A stretch of 56,787 nucleotides of DNA, from assembly GCA_964563185.1 (NCBI GenBank), contig CAZLXD010000001.1, positions 12,502-69,288 on the forward strand. Reading direction: 5' to 3'. Positions within the stretch are counted from its first letter, which is position 1. Each line of letters opens with the position of its first letter. The notes beneath the pieces are model-generated. The model was not told the DNA's origin and did no database searches. It worked only from the letters and a program-made list of their open reading frames with translations. Both the position numbers and the translations under genes were made by a program. Below, piece by piece: positions 45,839-56,787 of this stretch. The stretch comes from an uncultured Chitinophaga sp. (GTDB lineage: Bacteria > Bacteroidota > Bacteroidia > Chitinophagales > LD1).

Positions 45839-46228
45839 TTACCGGAAGAGTTTCACACTTATTAAGCTGCCCGCTACGCCTCCGGCTGAATTGGCCACGG
45901 CATCCAGCAATTCAAAATGTCGGTCGGCAGTTAACAGCTCTTGTAAAATTTCTACCGCAAAGCCATAAGTAAAGGTGATAGCCAGAATTTTTAAAACAGT
46001 TTGTATATGCAACACGGAAAAGTGCGTTTGCTTTTTCCAGCCCCAAAACATTAATGCTGATAGAATGACATAAAAGCCAAAGTGTACCAGTTTGTCAAAC
46101 TCCCAAATAGAAACACTGGGCAAATCGCGGCTGGGCATCAGGCACAACACTAAAATAAAAACCGCCCATAAAATGGACGGCCAGTTGTATTTTAAGAAGT
46201 TGTTTTGAGCGGTAGATTGCTTCAGCAT
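45839..46228 (-). CDS. VanZ family protein
   Basis: Four TM helices and the FDKLVHFGFY motif. Confidence 0.8.
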   Translation of the reverse strand: MLKQSTAQNNFLKYNWPSILWAVFILVLCLMPSRDLPSVSIWEFDKLVHFGFYVILSALMFWGWKKQTHFSVLHIQTVLKILAITFTYGFAVEILQELLTADRHFELLDAVANSAGGVAGSLISVKLFR

Positions 46229-46272
46229 TTATCGGATTTATTTACTGAAATGCTTTGCATAACAATTCTTGA

Positions 46273-46653
46273 CTATTGGCCGATGTGCTTTTTGTAAGCC
46301 TCGGCATCCATCAGTTCGTTCAGTTCGGCAGGGTTGGTTAACTCTACTTTTACCATCCAACCGGCACCGTATGGGTCATTGTTAACCGCCTCGGGAGCAT
46401 CATTCAGAGCCTCATTTTTGCCTGTAATTTTTGCACTCACCGGCATAAACAAATCGCTTACGGTTTTTACCGCTTCCACTGTTCCGAAAACCGCATCCTT
46501 AGCAACAATTTCGCCTATTGTTTCTATTTCTACATAAACAATATCGCCCAGCTCTTTCTGTGCAAAATCAGTAATACCTACAGTAGCCGTGTTGCCTTCT
46601 ACGCGAACCCACTCGTGTTCTTTGCTATACTTTAAATCAGATGGAAAATTCAT
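46273..46653 (-). CDS. gcvH: Glycine cleavage system protein H
   Basis: [29 protein letters not shown] and the lipoyl-lysine block VEAVKTVSD. The start was set at MNFPSDL; the ORF is open to 46695. Confidence 0.95.
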   Translation of the reverse strand: MNFPSDLKYSKEHEWVRVEGNTATVGITDFAQKELGDIVYVEIETIGEIVAKDAVFGTVEAVKTVSDLFMPVSAKITGKNEALNDAPEAVNNDPYGAGWMVKVELTNPAELNELMDAEAYKKHIGQ

Positions 46654-46718
46654 GTTGCGGATTTTGTGAGGCGAAAGTAATTTTTCGCAACACATTCTGC
46701 AATGAAATTTAGTAGCCG

Positions 46719-49700
46719 TTATTCTGCCAATGAGAATCGGAAGGTTATCCCTCCGCGGGTGTTTGTAGTAGGGAAACCGGTAGAAATTTTCGGAATAGTT
46801 TGCGTTTGGTCGAAGAAGATACGCACGTTCAACCGTTTGCTAACGATATAGTCAATGCTTGGTTGAATGGTAATGGTTCTTGCCCCTTGCGTAATCTGTG
46901 GCTGCGACTCATCAATACGATGGTTTACCGTTATGTTGTCGCGATAGCTGAAATCGAAACGGAAACTGAGGTCGTTATCTAACCGAATTTTTCTCCCCTT
47001 AATCTTAATAGGAAGTTTCAGTCCCTTAATCTTATATCCTGCACCAATGGTAAACTGCTCCGACTTGTTCTCTATCATTTGGAAGTCGGCAAAGTTCATG
47101 GTAAGCGTGCGACTCTTCTTATAGTCAAACTTGGCAGTCAGGTTGTTTTTAAAGGTCATATCCACTCCAATAAGAGGAGAGAGTTGTTCATTCATTACAA
47201 TGCTTGGCATGTTGTAAAGCGGATAAAAGTTGCCGTTCAGTGTGTCCTTTCTGTTTGCATTCAGTATGGTTCCATCTCCCCGGTAATCAAGGTTAGTTTG
47301 GAAACTGTTAACTGTTAATGTGGAGTTGTAACCATGTGAAATGGTAAAGCTGGTAAACACTTTTTGTGCCCACTTAAATTTGGTTAACCCATTGTAAGAA
47401 ATACGCCAGTTAGGTAGCGGGAAAGCCTTGAATGGGTTCAATCCGATTTTGTTCGGGTCGGTTTTGGTATAGGCTGCCAGGAAAGCCGGAATCAACACAT
47501 CCTGCGACTTGGGTCCGTAGGCATCGGCATAAGATGGGTTATAAGTAGAGTCGCTCGGATTATAATAAGGTGTGCCGTCACTATTATTCGGGTTTTGTAG
47601 CCCTAAGCGCTGCGATATAACCGGGCGGTTGTTTTCAAACTCGGTGTAGGTTTGCGAAAACCCTTTTTTATCAATTTTCTTAAACAGGGTTTTGATAGGC
47701 AGATACGAAATACTGTAAGAGCCCATATCCATAGGGTTTAAATGCGCATAGCTGAAGTTGCCATTCTCGTCCGAAACATACTTAAAGAACTGCTGGTGAT
47801 TGGTTGTTTTATCCTGGAACAGTGTCAGGTCAATCTTCAAATCTGTCCACGGCTCAATGGTAGCGGTTACATCCAAACGTTGCGAACGGGTTTGCATAAA
47901 CTTCTGGTTAAGCAACGTATCTTTTGTAATCCATCCCTTTGCTGCTGCTTCATCTAACCAACGGTCGCGCGCTTTTGCATCGGTACCGTTCCAGAATCTA
48001 TCGCCCGGTTGTCCTCCAAAACTAAAGTCATAGCCTGGAGCGCTGGTTAAAGAAGAGTTTTTGGTAAAGGCATTTCCATACACCTGATTGCCGAGTATCT
48101 GCGAATAGCCTTCAAAGCCCGGCAAGGTTGTGCTCTTGTTTTCCTTATACTCTATTGACACTCTCTTGAGTGCCAACAACGGGCGCAGCACTGCCGAAAT
48201 ACCCCAATTAGGCGGAGCCTGCTTATTGGCATACTCTTCCTTTTTCTTTTTAATGTTCTCCTTGTTGGTCTTCAGGTCTTTTTTCAGACGTACCACATCG
48301 GCATCCTGTTTCGACTTCTTCAACGCTTCATTCAGCGATTGAAGCTTTTTATCCAATGCTTTTATTTCTGCCTGCAACTTTTCTTTGGCTGCCTTATCCT
48401 TTGCGGGAGCCTTCTCCTTCTTCTTCGCAGCATAGTCTCCTTTGCCTTTTGCTAAATCTGCCCTGGTTTTTTCTATGTTGTTCGCTTTCTTCTTTTGGTA
48501 AACAGTATCGGTTTTCGCCTGCTCTTTTGCTTTTAGCAGCTGCTCTTTCAGTTGTGCGCGTTTCTCTTTCAGTTTGTCAATTTCTCCCTGAATTTTTTCG
48601 CGTGCCTTTTTAATGGTTTCCCTTTTCTTGTCGTTAGCTTCTTTATCGCCTGCGCTTGGGTTTGGTGCATTATAAGTGCGCAGGAAAGGAATTTTATCGT
48701 ATAGTTTCTTAAAGTTCAAATCTACTTTTGCGCGGTCATTCTGCGTGTTATTGATAGTGTTGCCAAGTGTGTTTTGACGAAGTTTTCCGGTGGCAGTGTC
48801 TAACTGCCAGGGAATAGCCGTCCATGTGTAAGAAGAGTTAAACCCAACATTAGCCGTTACAAAATCGAACAGCGGTAACTTATTGATTGGAATGTTGTAC
48901 GTAACACCAAGGTTTTGATTGTACGCTGTATTGCGCCCACCAAGTCCTACATTGCTCCATATCTCATTCTTCTCGGTCTTGGTATCAATTTTTCCATCAG
49001 GCTCGTCAATGCGCGAGTTGTTGGTAGCGCTAAAGTCAATGCTTAGCGAACGGAACGGATTATACTTAAAGGTGTATGTTCTTGCCCAACGGAAGTTTTT
49101 ACTATAGGTGGTTGGAATTTGAAAATCCACTTCGCCCAGCGGGCGCAGTTTTATTTCTGTAAAGTCGCGGTTCCATTCCGAAGTAAATGCCAGCGTTGAC
49201 GGATACGGATTAAAATTGAATTCTTTAATAATATCGGCCCATTTGGTTTTAGCTTTAATGGCTTTCTTGAATGGGAACAAATCTTTGGTTTGCGGTGCAA
49301 AGCTCCAGCCAACTAAGCCCAACCAGTTTTTGCGCGAGTTCTTTTCAATAAACGGATCGCTGAAAAGTATTTCGTTGTAGGAATAGGTAAAATTAAAGTT
49401 ACCGGGGTCGTATATGTGTGGTTTCTTTGCTTTGGTTTGAGGTACAATACGCACATTGGAGAAGTTGTACCCCCTGCGGGTATTGATGGTTTGCACTTGT
49501 TGCCGATAAACCCTTGCAGAATCGGCTCCCTCATTTTCCTTCAGGCTCTTAATAAGTTCACGGGTGGGAATATCAAACTGATAAGGGTCAAACTCCGGTG
49601 TGCTAAATTGTTGCGAATAAGCCCCGTAGAATGGAATTCTTATTCCTGCTTTTTCCGGTAAAAACCTTCCCACCTCAATGTTGGTGGAGAAGTCGTACTG

Positions 49701-52700
49701 ATACATGTTGTCCTTAAAGCGCTGATCTATTTTCTGTTCTACCTGTCCAAAGCCCCGGGTATGCATACCTCCGGCCAGATTAATATTACCAAGGTCGGCC
49801 AGTTTAATATTAATGTTGCCCACGGCTGCTACCCCGCCAAATTCCTCAAAGCCGGTGGCGCGTAATTCGTTAAACCATACTTCAATACACTTAGGTAATC
49901 CGTCATCGTCTGCCAGTGGGTTATTTGCATCAAATTTCGAAGGGTTTTTAACGCCTAACATGATAGTTTTTACAGCACCTATATCCGGATTACCTACAAT
50001 AGTGAGTAAACGCCCTTTACTGTCTAATCTGGAGTATGGTACATTACGCGGAAATCCGTCTTTTCCATTACGCTCAATTTTCAAATCAATAAAATCGCGC
50101 AGGGTAATTTCCATATTATTACTGTCGGGCCATACCTCCTCCTGCTCCGAAAGTACGTTGTTATCGTAGGTTCCGTCCGGTGTAACTTTTAGCGGTATTT
50201 CATATTGGTAGTAGTTGTCCTTAAAGTCGGATCCGATGCGTATAACAGCTACCACTTCGTTGTCCTTAACCGGCAGTTCTCCATCAACTCTGTTGGCATG
50301 GATAAACATCTTCAGCAACTTGTATCTGCGAAGGTCAAGTGTAAGATTCTTAAACAGCGCTTTAGTTTTGCAATCTTTCAGGTTGCAAATGGTCATGGAA
50401 AGCGCCTGCTCGTTTTGCTGCACAAACTGGTTGGTTTGTTGGCCTAAAGCCTGTTCGCGCTGAATGTTCGGAGGCAACACATAGTTTACCGGTTTCTTCG
50501 CGCTGTTCTCTTCTATACTTACCGAAGCTACATTCAAAAACGGAGGGTCGTTCTCGGTTCCCAGTTCCTCGCATGGGTCATCCAACGATAAGTTATAAGT
50601 CCTCCACTGATTACGCACCAATTCCAGTGTTCCGAAACGCAGAATCACACTATCCTGCCAGCCGGTAAGGAACATGCGCATAAACTGTATAGACTTAAAG
50701 TCGGGAATGTTTCCTACGCGCGATGTGTACTGGCGGATAGGAATACGGAACTGCAACCAGCGGGCGGGTATATTGTTGTGGTCGGCTCCGGTTCCTTCCA
50801 CTTTAGAAACTATGTACGGGTTGTTGCCGACATCCATACCGGGCTTTAAATCCACTTCGTATTGGAAATACTCCTCATTCTCGTTCAGCGTATTATCGCG
50901 GTTCATATCCTCCTTATCGGGCAGGTTAGTTTGTGCGGTGGTTTGTACCGAATTAGTTTGAGCGGGTGAGTTTCCTTCTGTACCACAAAAGTCTTTGTAA
51001 CGGGTAAGAATACTTCCTACATTTCCGTACACGTTTTCATCCTTAAAAAACTTGTAGTTATCACTCGAAGGGTCAGCGTTTAGCTTATCAATGGCTGCCT
51101 GGTTCATCCATTGAATATTATTGAGGAAAGCCGATTTGCGATCGCGCTCTAAGTCATCATTCAATTCATCAAAACCTATGTCCTGTACGGGTCGCAGGTT
51201 CGGGTCATTATCAAAACCATCTACCAATGGAGGAAGTTTTGGAACAAAGCCCCACGATGTTTTGTCCAGCTGTGTCGTATCCTGCAATATTCCGTTCTCG
51301 TAACTCATACGCGAGTCGCGAAGAATATCTTCTGAAATATTACCGAGATTGAAATATAGCTTACCGCCCGGAGAGGTTGTGTTATAAAGAAACGGGTCAA
51401 GCATCCAAAACTCTATAAACTCTACGTTGGTGGCTTCCAGGTCATTGTTATCAATACCGCGCATAATACCCGCCCAACGTGTTTCGGGCGACTTCAGACT
51501 ACCATCGGCATTTACTCCGGCTGAAATTCCTGCTGTTGGCGCCTGGCTTGCTTCGTAATTGTAAGGGCCTCTGTCCTTAGGATAATACGATAAATCAAAG
51601 GTGTAGAGGTTTTGGTCGAGCGTTTGGTTCGGACGGTTTGGGAAAACCTCCTGCGTACGGATTAAACGCACATAGTGGTTTTGCCAGTTCTCCTTGTTAT
51701 CATACACTACATCGGGCGAGGTTAACTGATTAAAGAAGGAGTTATCGATACGGTACCAGGCAAGTTTTGCACGATTGTAACCGTAACGCTCATCGCTAAT
51801 CAGGTTAGCTTCAGGAAACAATGGACTGCCATTGCTGCGGGTAGCTCCGCGTGGTGTGGAAGCCAACCGCCAAGTAAGCGAAGGGTTCTTTAAATCGTAA
51901 CCGTTGCTGGTTCCTTCAAAGTCATCTACATAAACCTGTCCTTCTTTGTTTTGGTTGTTAATAGCGCGCGAGTGGCCCGGTTTTAAGTATGCCACCTCGC
52001 CATAAGTTGAAATGGTAGACATTTCCTTGGTGGAATAAAACGGAAGCCTGTCCAGACCCTTTGTTAGCCAAGGTGCATTCGTTTCGTATTTAACATCGGC
52101 TCCCATAATAGTATTGCGGATAGGGTCATCGCCAATGTTTACTTTTTGGGTAAATGGCCTTTCGCTTAGCTGCATAATGGTAGCCCCTATGTTCAGCTTG
52201 CTGTTAACGCGGTAATCCAAACGCGTTCCGAACATGGTGCGCACCTGTGTAGCAAACAGGTTGTTGTTTTCAAAATCTACTTTAATCTGCTGGCCGCTGT
52301 TCATAATACCGGCATCAATAATGCTTATGCGCCCCAAATTATAATCAACTGTATAGTGAGTCCCCTCCACTAATTTTTGCCCTCCGGCAGTAACCACTAC
52401 CGAACCCTTCGGAATGTTTCCGGCACCGAGTGAAATTTCCTGGCTGTTTGCGCCTTTGTATTGGCCTTTAATTACAAAGCGGTTAAACTCCGGAAACTGC
52501 TGTGCCAACCATTTGGTAGAATCGTAGAGTTGTTGAAACACATACTGGTCGGCTATGTTTCCGCTTCCGCAGGCCTCATAAGCCGCTCGAAGATTGGAAC
52601 CGAATGGTTCTTTTACAGGAAATATCAATCGTCCGTTTTGGGTAAGTATGGTCGTTCCGGGTACAAAGTCGAACAAACCATCGGGCTGCGGATCGTTGTT

Positions 52701-54434
52701 CATGTTCAGGTTATCCATGTTCAGCAAACGGATAAGCTGTTTTCCTTCAATACAACCTTTAGGCATGTAACGCTTTAATCCGCCACCCGGGTCGTTGTAA
52801 TACAGGTCTAAACGAAACTCATCGTTGCTGATGTTGTAAGCCCCCAGCGAGTAAATGTTTTTCATCATCAAATCCCAAATAGGCAGGTTGGGACGGATGG
52901 ACATACCGCGCAGCATTTTCAGGTAAAGCACTTTAGAAGTAGCATTCGAATCGGGCGGCACCTGGTTACCAAATTCCCCCACCTGAAATACATTTCCGTT
53001 ATACTCGTACTGAAAGGCTACCGCCAGCACTTCATTCGGATATAACTGCGAGTTAAGCGATATATAACCGAGTTGTTTGTTCACCACGTATTCCGATTCG
53101 TTCAGCTTGCGGGCGTAGGTTTTTTCAAAATCCTGACCTTGCAACAAATTGAAGGATGGGCCTATCATAGTAGCTACTGCGTTGTCTACAAAGCGGTAGT
53201 TAGGATTAGAAATCAGGTTTCCATAAAGCGTATTCGCTTCATTGCGCGGGCGCATATCGCCATTGGCAGTGGAGGTTATGTTGGTGGAATATGGCTTGGG
53301 TTCCCCCAAATCCATTAAGCCCAGCACATCGCGCACGTTTTGGGTAGAACCGTTGCGGTTAGTTACCCAAACCTCGATACGCGTAATGTTTACCACCGTT
53401 TTAATGTTCGGCAGGCCGGAAAGCGCATAGTCGTATTGGTCGCGGAAAAACTGCGAAAGGAAGAAGTGGCGGTTTTCATCGTATTGGTCGGCACGCACTT
53501 CAAAGTTCTGGCGCTGTGAACCGCTTTCAATTACTACCGTTTCTTTTTTGGCTTTTTGCTGAGAGAGAACACTGGTCCAGGTGAGGCGCCCGAATTGGAA
53601 TTGTGTTTTTAAACCGAAGAGCGTTTGGCTACCGGTTATAAGGCGGGTTTGCAGCGGAAGGTTTACGTTACCGGCTTCAATTACTTTAATAATGTCGTCT
53701 TCATCGCCCGTGTAACCGAGTTTAATCTGGTTATCAAAGTCAAATCCGCTTTGTGTGTTGTACTTAACGCCTAACTGAAGCTTGTCGCCAATTTTTCCAA
53801 TTACGTTAATGTTAATGTTCATGTCAAAGTCGAAACCACCTGTTTTGCGGTTACGAATCGGAATGTTGGGGTTGGCTGTTTTCTGCACGTTGGCACCCAG
53901 CGTCATTTCCACGTTACCCTGCGGGCGAATTTCAATTTTGCTGCCGCCAAACAGTTTATCGAAGAACTGTTTCTTTACCTGAATAGGCGGAATCAGATTC
54001 TTTTCCTCAATCAGGTTAATGGCATTTTGCCTTTCCTTCCAATATTGAGCCCGTTCCTTTTTCTCGGTGTATTCCAGAAATTCCTGGTAGGTCATGTATT
54101 GTGGCGGACGAACATTTTGCCCGCCTACCTGTTCGGTAATTACGTACATGCCGGTTTCAGAATCATACTCTACCTTCTCCTCAATAGCCGGTGGGTCTTT
54201 CAGGTAGAAAGGGTCGTTGGGCGGGTCGGAAACAAAATCGCCTTCGCGCTCTTTGAGCGGATACTTGAGGTCTACTTTCGGAGAGTCCTCTGCTAAAGGA
54301 GCAGCAGGCAACTCTTCCATGTAATTGCGGAGTGCCCTGAAACGGGTAGTGGTGTTTCCTGCAAATGCAGCAAACAATACCCCTGCACACGAAACCGCTA
54401 CTACTCCCGAAAATATCTTCCTTCCTAACTTCAC
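46719..54434 (-). CDS. sprA: Cell surface protein SprA (T9SS outer-membrane translocon)
   Basis: 2571 aa with an N-terminal signal anchor and giant beta-barrel-type sequence. The conserved Bacteroidota synteny ruvA-sprA-gcvH is present. Confidence 0.93.
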   Translation of the reverse strand: MKLGRKIFSGVVAVSCAGVLFAAFAGNTTTRFRALRNYMEELPAAPLAEDSPKVDLKYPLKEREGDFVSDPPNDPFYLKDPPAIEEKVEYDSETGMYVITEQVGGQNVRPPQYMTYQEFLEYTEKKERAQYWKERQNAINLIEEKNLIPPIQVKKQFFDKLFGGSKIEIRPQGNVEMTLGANVQKTANPNIPIRNRKTGGFDFDMNININVIGKIGDKLQLGVKYNTQSGFDFDNQIKLGYTGDEDDIIKVIEAGNVNLPLQTRLITGSQTLFGLKTQFQFGRLTWTSVLSQQKAKKETVVIESGSQRQNFEVRADQYDENRHFFLSQFFRDQYDYALSGLPNIKTVVNITRIEVWVTNRNGSTQNVRDVLGLMDLGEPKPYSTNITSTANGDMRPRNEANTLYGNLISNPNYRFVDNAVATMIGPSFNLLQGQDFEKTYARKLNESEYVVNKQLGYISLNSQLYPNEVLAVAFQYEYNGNVFQVGEFGNQVPPDSNATSKVLYLKMLRGMSIRPNLPIWDLMMKNIYSLGAYNISNDEFRLDLYYNDPGGGLKRYMPKGCIEGKQLIRLLNMDNLNMNNDPQPDGLFDFVPGTTILTQNGRLIFPVKEPFGSNLRAAYEACGSGNIADQYVFQQLYDSTKWLAQQFPEFNRFVIKGQYKGANSQEISLGAGNIPKGSVVVTAGGQKLVEGTHYTVDYNLGRISIIDAGIMNSGQQIKVDFENNNLFATQVRTMFGTRLDYRVNSKLNIGATIMQLSERPFTQKVNIGDDPIRNTIMGADVKYETNAPWLTKGLDRLPFYSTKEMSTISTYGEVAYLKPGHSRAINNQNKEGQVYVDDFEGTSNGYDLKNPSLTWRLASTPRGATRSNGSPLFPEANLISDERYGYNRAKLAWYRIDNSFFNQLTSPDVVYDNKENWQNHYVRLIRTQEVFPNRPNQTLDQNLYTFDLSYYPKDRGPYNYEASQAPTAGISAGVNADGSLKSPETRWAGIMRGIDNNDLEATNVEFIEFWMLDPFLYNTTSPGGKLYFNLGNISEDILRDSRMSYENGILQDTTQLDKTSWGFVPKLPPLVDGFDNDPNLRPVQDIGFDELNDDLERDRKSAFLNNIQWMNQAAIDKLNADPSSDNYKFFKDENVYGNVGSILTRYKDFCGTEGNSPAQTNSVQTTAQTNLPDKEDMNRDNTLNENEEYFQYEVDLKPGMDVGNNPYIVSKVEGTGADHNNIPARWLQFRIPIRQYTSRVGNIPDFKSIQFMRMFLTGWQDSVILRFGTLELVRNQWRTYNLSLDDPCEELGTENDPPFLNVASVSIEENSAKKPVNYVLPPNIQREQALGQQTNQFVQQNEQALSMTICNLKDCKTKALFKNLTLDLRRYKLLKMFIHANRVDGELPVKDNEVVAVIRIGSDFKDNYYQYEIPLKVTPDGTYDNNVLSEQEEVWPDSNNMEITLRDFIDLKIERNGKDGFPRNVPYSRLDSKGRLLTIVGNPDIGAVKTIMLGVKNPSKFDANNPLADDDGLPKCIEVWFNELRATGFEEFGGVAAVGNINIKLADLGNINLAGGMHTRGFGQVEQKIDQRFKDNMYQYDFSTNIEVGRFLPEKAGIRIPFYGAYSQQFSTPEFDPYQFDIPTRELIKSLKENEGADSARVYRQQVQTINTRRGYNFSNVRIVPQTKAKKPHIYDPGNFNFTYSYNEILFSDPFIEKNSRKNWLGLVGWSFAPQTKDLFPFKKAIKAKTKWADIIKEFNFNPYPSTLAFTSEWNRDFTEIKLRPLGEVDFQIPTTYSKNFRWARTYTFKYNPFRSLSIDFSATNNSRIDEPDGKIDTKTEKNEIWSNVGLGGRNTAYNQNLGVTYNIPINKLPLFDFVTANVGFNSSYTWTAIPWQLDTATGKLRQNTLGNTINNTQNDRAKVDLNFKKLYDKIPFLRTYNAPNPSAGDKEANDKKRETIKKAREKIQGEIDKLKEKRAQLKEQLLKAKEQAKTDTVYQKKKANNIEKTRADLAKGKGDYAAKKKEKAPAKDKAAKEKLQAEIKALDKKLQSLNEALKKSKQDADVVRLKKDLKTNKENIKKKKEEYANKQAPPNWGISAVLRPLLALKRVSIEYKENKSTTLPGFEGYSQILGNQVYGNAFTKNSSLTSAPGYDFSFGGQPGDRFWNGTDAKARDRWLDEAAAKGWITKDTLLNQKFMQTRSQRLDVTATIEPWTDLKIDLTLFQDKTTNHQQFFKYVSDENGNFSYAHLNPMDMGSYSISYLPIKTLFKKIDKKGFSQTYTEFENNRPVISQRLGLQNPNNSDGTPYYNPSDSTYNPSYADAYGPKSQDVLIPAFLAAYTKTDPNKIGLNPFKAFPLPNWRISYNGLTKFKWAQKVFTSFTISHGYNSTLTVNSFQTNLDYRGDGTILNANRKDTLNGNFYPLYNMPSIVMNEQLSPLIGVDMTFKNNLTAKFDYKKSRTLTMNFADFQMIENKSEQFTIGAGYKIKGLKLPIKIKGRKIRLDNDLSFRFDFSYRDNITVNHRIDESQPQITQGARTITIQPSIDYIVSKRLNVRIFFDQTQTIPKISTGFPTTNTRGGITFRFSLAE

Positions 54435-54444
54435 TAAACTACGT

Positions 54445-55041
54445 CTATAGTTGCTTTAATCCTTCTTTTATCAATCCTTCCACCGTCCAATCGCTGCGGG
54501 TGCTTAGCATTTTAAGCAACGCCTTATCGGCTGCCTGCTTGTTAAAGCCCAGCGCAACGAGTGCAGATAACGCTTCCTCTTTTAATGTATTGTTAGCCGC
54601 CACCGGCAAAGTGAAGCCTGCGGCTGCTTTTCCTACCTTATCCTTCAGTTCCAGTATGATTCGCTTGGCCGATTTAGGCCCAATGCCTTTAATGCTCTGA
54701 ATCATGGCTTCGTTCTCGGTAATGATGGCCTGCTTAATTTCATCGGGTTTAAAGGTGGAGAGCATCATACGCGCGGTAGCCGCACCCACCCCTGAAACGG
54801 AAATCAGTTTTTCGAAAAGCTCTTTTTCCGATTCTTCGAAGAAGCCATACAGGTCGAAGCCTGCCAGGTTTTGTCCATCGTTACGCACCACCATGCTGGT
54901 GTGCAGCACACAGTTTTGTAAGTCCTGAATAACCGCGTAGGTATTCAGGCTTATTTTTACCATGTAGCCAATTCCACCTGTTTCCACAAACACATGGGTG
55001 GGGCTTTTGAATGTAATTTTCCCGCTCAGGTATGCTATCAT
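54445..55041 (-). CDS. ruvA: Holliday junction branch migration protein RuvA
   Basis: MIAYLSGKITFKSPTHVFVETGGIGYMVKISLNTY and HhH motifs (SVSGVGAATA, IKGIGPKSAKRI). Confidence 0.95.
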   Translation of the reverse strand: MIAYLSGKITFKSPTHVFVETGGIGYMVKISLNTYAVIQDLQNCVLHTSMVVRNDGQNLAGFDLYGFFEESEKELFEKLISVSGVGAATARMMLSTFKPDEIKQAIITENEAMIQSIKGIGPKSAKRIILELKDKVGKAAAGFTLPVAANNTLKEEALSALVALGFNKQAADKALLKMLSTRSDWTVEGLIKEGLKQL

Positions 55042-55061
55042 GCCCTGCTTTTCAAAGTTTG

Positions 55062-55165
55062 GTCGTTGCGAGGAAACTTCCTCTTAAAACAAGCAGCTTT
55101 TTGAAGTAACTCATCTGCTTGTGGCAGGAGATTGCTTCGCTGGACTACGTTGCGCTCGCAATGAC
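55062..55165. repeat. MITE-like element of about 104 bp bounded by an 11-bp inverted repeat GTCRTTGCGAG
   Basis: GTCGTTGCGAG (55062-55072) pairs with CTCGCAATGAC (55155-55165; reverse complement GTCATTGCGAG, 10 of 11). Internal hairpins are GAGGAAACTTCCTC (55070-55083) and AAGCAG...CTGCTT (55091-55120). A further motif copy is at 5503-5513. Confidence 0.6.
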
Positions 55166-55228
55166 GGTTTTACTTAAAATACTAATGTGTAGAAAAGGGC
55201 AATAGGCGGGCGTGTTTGGGTGGTTTAA

Positions 55229-56698
55229 TTATTCAGCAGATGTTGTTAGGGTGTCTTTTTTAACAGAAGCCTTTTGCATCAGCAGTTCAGAGAAAGCAAA
55301 CAGTTTAGCTTCTTCAAACTTGCCGGCTATTAGTTGAATACCTATAGGCAGGCCCTGCGCATCGGTTGCCAAAGGCAGAGAAATAGCGGGGTTGCCTGTA
55401 AGGTTTGCCAGTACCGTGTAGATGTCGGCTAAATACATCTCTACCGGGTTCTCTGTCTTTTCGCCAAACTTAAACGCCACGGTAGGGCTGGTAGGCATTA
55501 GTATAAAATTGTAGTTCTTCAGCAGGGTGTTTATCTCATTGCTTAAAATTCTGCGCACCTTTTGAGCACGCGAGTAGTAAGCATCGTAGTAACCGGAGCT
55601 TAGCACAAAGGTGCCGAGCATAATGCGGTTCTTTACTTCTTTGCCAAAACCTTCGGTGCGCGATTTTTTGTATACCGTTTCCATTTCCGAAGCATTGGGC
55701 GAACGATAACCGTAATGCACGCCATCGAAACGGGCCAGGTTTGACGATGCCTCGGCTGTGGTAAGTACATAGTAAATGGCAATCAGGTAATCGAGGTATT
55801 TGAAATCTACTTCTTCTACTTGGTGCCCCTCTGCCTTTAACTGCGCCAGTAAAGTTTCTGTTGCATTACGCACCTCTGCATTCAATCCATCGCTTTTAAG
55901 GGTGGAAGGAAAAACTGCAATGCGTGCCTTGTTATCGAAACTAAGTTGCCTTGAATATTCAGGAACAGGTTGCGAAGAAGCTGTGGAGTCGTAACCGTCT
56001 TTACCGGAAATAACTTCCGAAATTAAAGCCGCATCGTACACATTGTGTGTGAAGGGGCCAATCTGGTCGAAAGAGGAAGCGTAGGCAATCAATCCCCAAC
56101 GCGATACTCTTCCGTAGGTTGGTTTTAAGCCCACCAAACCACAAAATGCAGCCGGTTGGCGAATGGAACCTCCGGTATCGGAACCCAGGGAAGCATGGCA
56201 CAAGCCCGCCTGCACGGCTACTGCCGAGCCGCCCGATGAACCTCCGGGCACGCGGCTGTTGTCCTGCGCGTTCAGCACGGGGCCATAGGCCGAGTTTTCG
56301 TTGCTGCTGCCCATGGCAAACTCATCGCAGTTGGTGCGGCCTATAATAATGGCATCTTCCGCCAACAACCTTTCTACTACAGTAGCGCTGTAAAGCGAGG
56401 TAAAGCCTTCTAATATTTTGGAGGAAGCGGAAACTTTGTGCTGCTTGTAGCAGATGTTATCCTTAATGGCTATAACCGCCCCGAACAATTTGCCCAGCGG
56501 CTGGTTATCTTTAAGTTTTTTATCAATTTTTTGCGCCTGTTCCAAAGCATCGGCAGCAAAAACTTCCAAAAATGCGTTGAGGTGTTTGTTGGCTTCAATG
56601 CGCTGTAAGCAAGTGTTTACAAGGTTTTCAGCCGATGTTTTACCTGCTTTCAGTTCGCTTTGTATGGCCTGTATGGTTTTATACGAAACTCCTTCCAC
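55229..56698 (-). CDS. gatA: Asp-tRNA(Asn)/Glu-tRNA(Gln) amidotransferase subunit GatA
   Basis: Amidase signature GGSSGGSAVAV and GSDTGGSIRQPA. 489 aa. Confidence 0.95.
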   Translation of the reverse strand: MEGVSYKTIQAIQSELKAGKTSAENLVNTCLQRIEANKHLNAFLEVFAADALEQAQKIDKKLKDNQPLGKLFGAVIAIKDNICYKQHKVSASSKILEGFTSLYSATVVERLLAEDAIIIGRTNCDEFAMGSSNENSAYGPVLNAQDNSRVPGGSSGGSAVAVQAGLCHASLGSDTGGSIRQPAAFCGLVGLKPTYGRVSRWGLIAYASSFDQIGPFTHNVYDAALISEVISGKDGYDSTASSQPVPEYSRQLSFDNKARIAVFPSTLKSDGLNAEVRNATETLLAQLKAEGHQVEEVDFKYLDYLIAIYYVLTTAEASSNLARFDGVHYGYRSPNASEMETVYKKSRTEGFGKEVKNRIMLGTFVLSSGYYDAYYSRAQKVRRILSNEINTLLKNYNFILMPTSPTVAFKFGEKTENPVEMYLADIYTVLANLTGNPAISLPLATDAQGLPIGIQLIAGKFEEAKLFAFSELLMQKASVKKDTLTTSAE

Positions 56699-56787
56699 TT
56701 CAACCTCTTTTAAAAATTGACTGCTGTTTAGTGATGTAAAAACCGGTTAGGATTTTTTTTCTTCGGAAGAAGCGGACTCGTCTTTTT

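Noticed and set aside
48130-48613. Two plus-strand ORFs (70 and 85 aa) inside sprA
   Set aside because: They are antisense shadows that stay open because the Lys/Glu-rich sprA segment lacks antisense stop codons.
56728-56787. Possible 3' end of a minus-strand CDS at the window edge (…KKTSPLLPKKKNPNRFLHH stop)
   Set aside because: Only 19 codons are visible and the sequence is low-complexity, so coding cannot be distinguished from a chance open frame.

Overview
This is a chromosomal segment from a Bacteroidota genome, probably a Chitinophagia or Sphingobacteriia-like lineage. The evidence is a sprA type IX secretion (T9SS) translocon gene, T9SS C-terminal sorting domains, a MurF-Alr fusion, TAnnTTTG-type promoter boxes and no Shine-Dalgarno signals. 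About 50 genes are densely packed. Most are housekeeping: PBP1A, ileS-lspA, recO, recR, polA, dnaN, prfA, murF/alr, gcvH, ruvA and gatA. The 7.7 kb sprA gene is the largest feature, and a PorZ-like double-propeller T9SS protein is also present. I found no rRNA, tRNA, CRISPR array, integrase or transposase. Five things stand out. (1) Two small ORFs of about 125 aa, one four-helix-bundle (23S-IVS-type) protein and one GxxExxY protein, each sit in a compact cassette bracketed by inverted arrays of short periodic repeats and fit flush between their neighbours. One arm of the first cassette overlaps the signal-peptide coding region of the downstream zinc phospholipase C/P1-nuclease-like gene. (2) A run of four GT-C-like polytopic membrane proteins (including a YfhO) and two GT2 enzymes is interleaved with recO and recR, consistent with a lipid-carrier-dependent periplasmic glycosylation system. 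(3) Upstream of dnaN lies a cluster of related GGCTTWAGCC palindromes that ends in a plus-strand terminator-like T-run with no plus-strand gene to terminate. Beside it are an uncharacterised 206-aa gene and a very AT-rich 370 bp spacer. (4) A dispersed GTCRTTGCGAG motif forms a roughly 100 bp MITE-like inverted-repeat element. (5) There are several smaller items: an unannotated 45-aa Cys-rich lipoprotein ORF beside ferritin and an orphan feoA, low-complexity insertions in IleS and SprA, a ParE-family toxin-antitoxin pair, and an IpaH/YopM-type LRR protein with a T9SS sorting domain. All functional calls come from motif recognition in the supplied translations. No database search was run.
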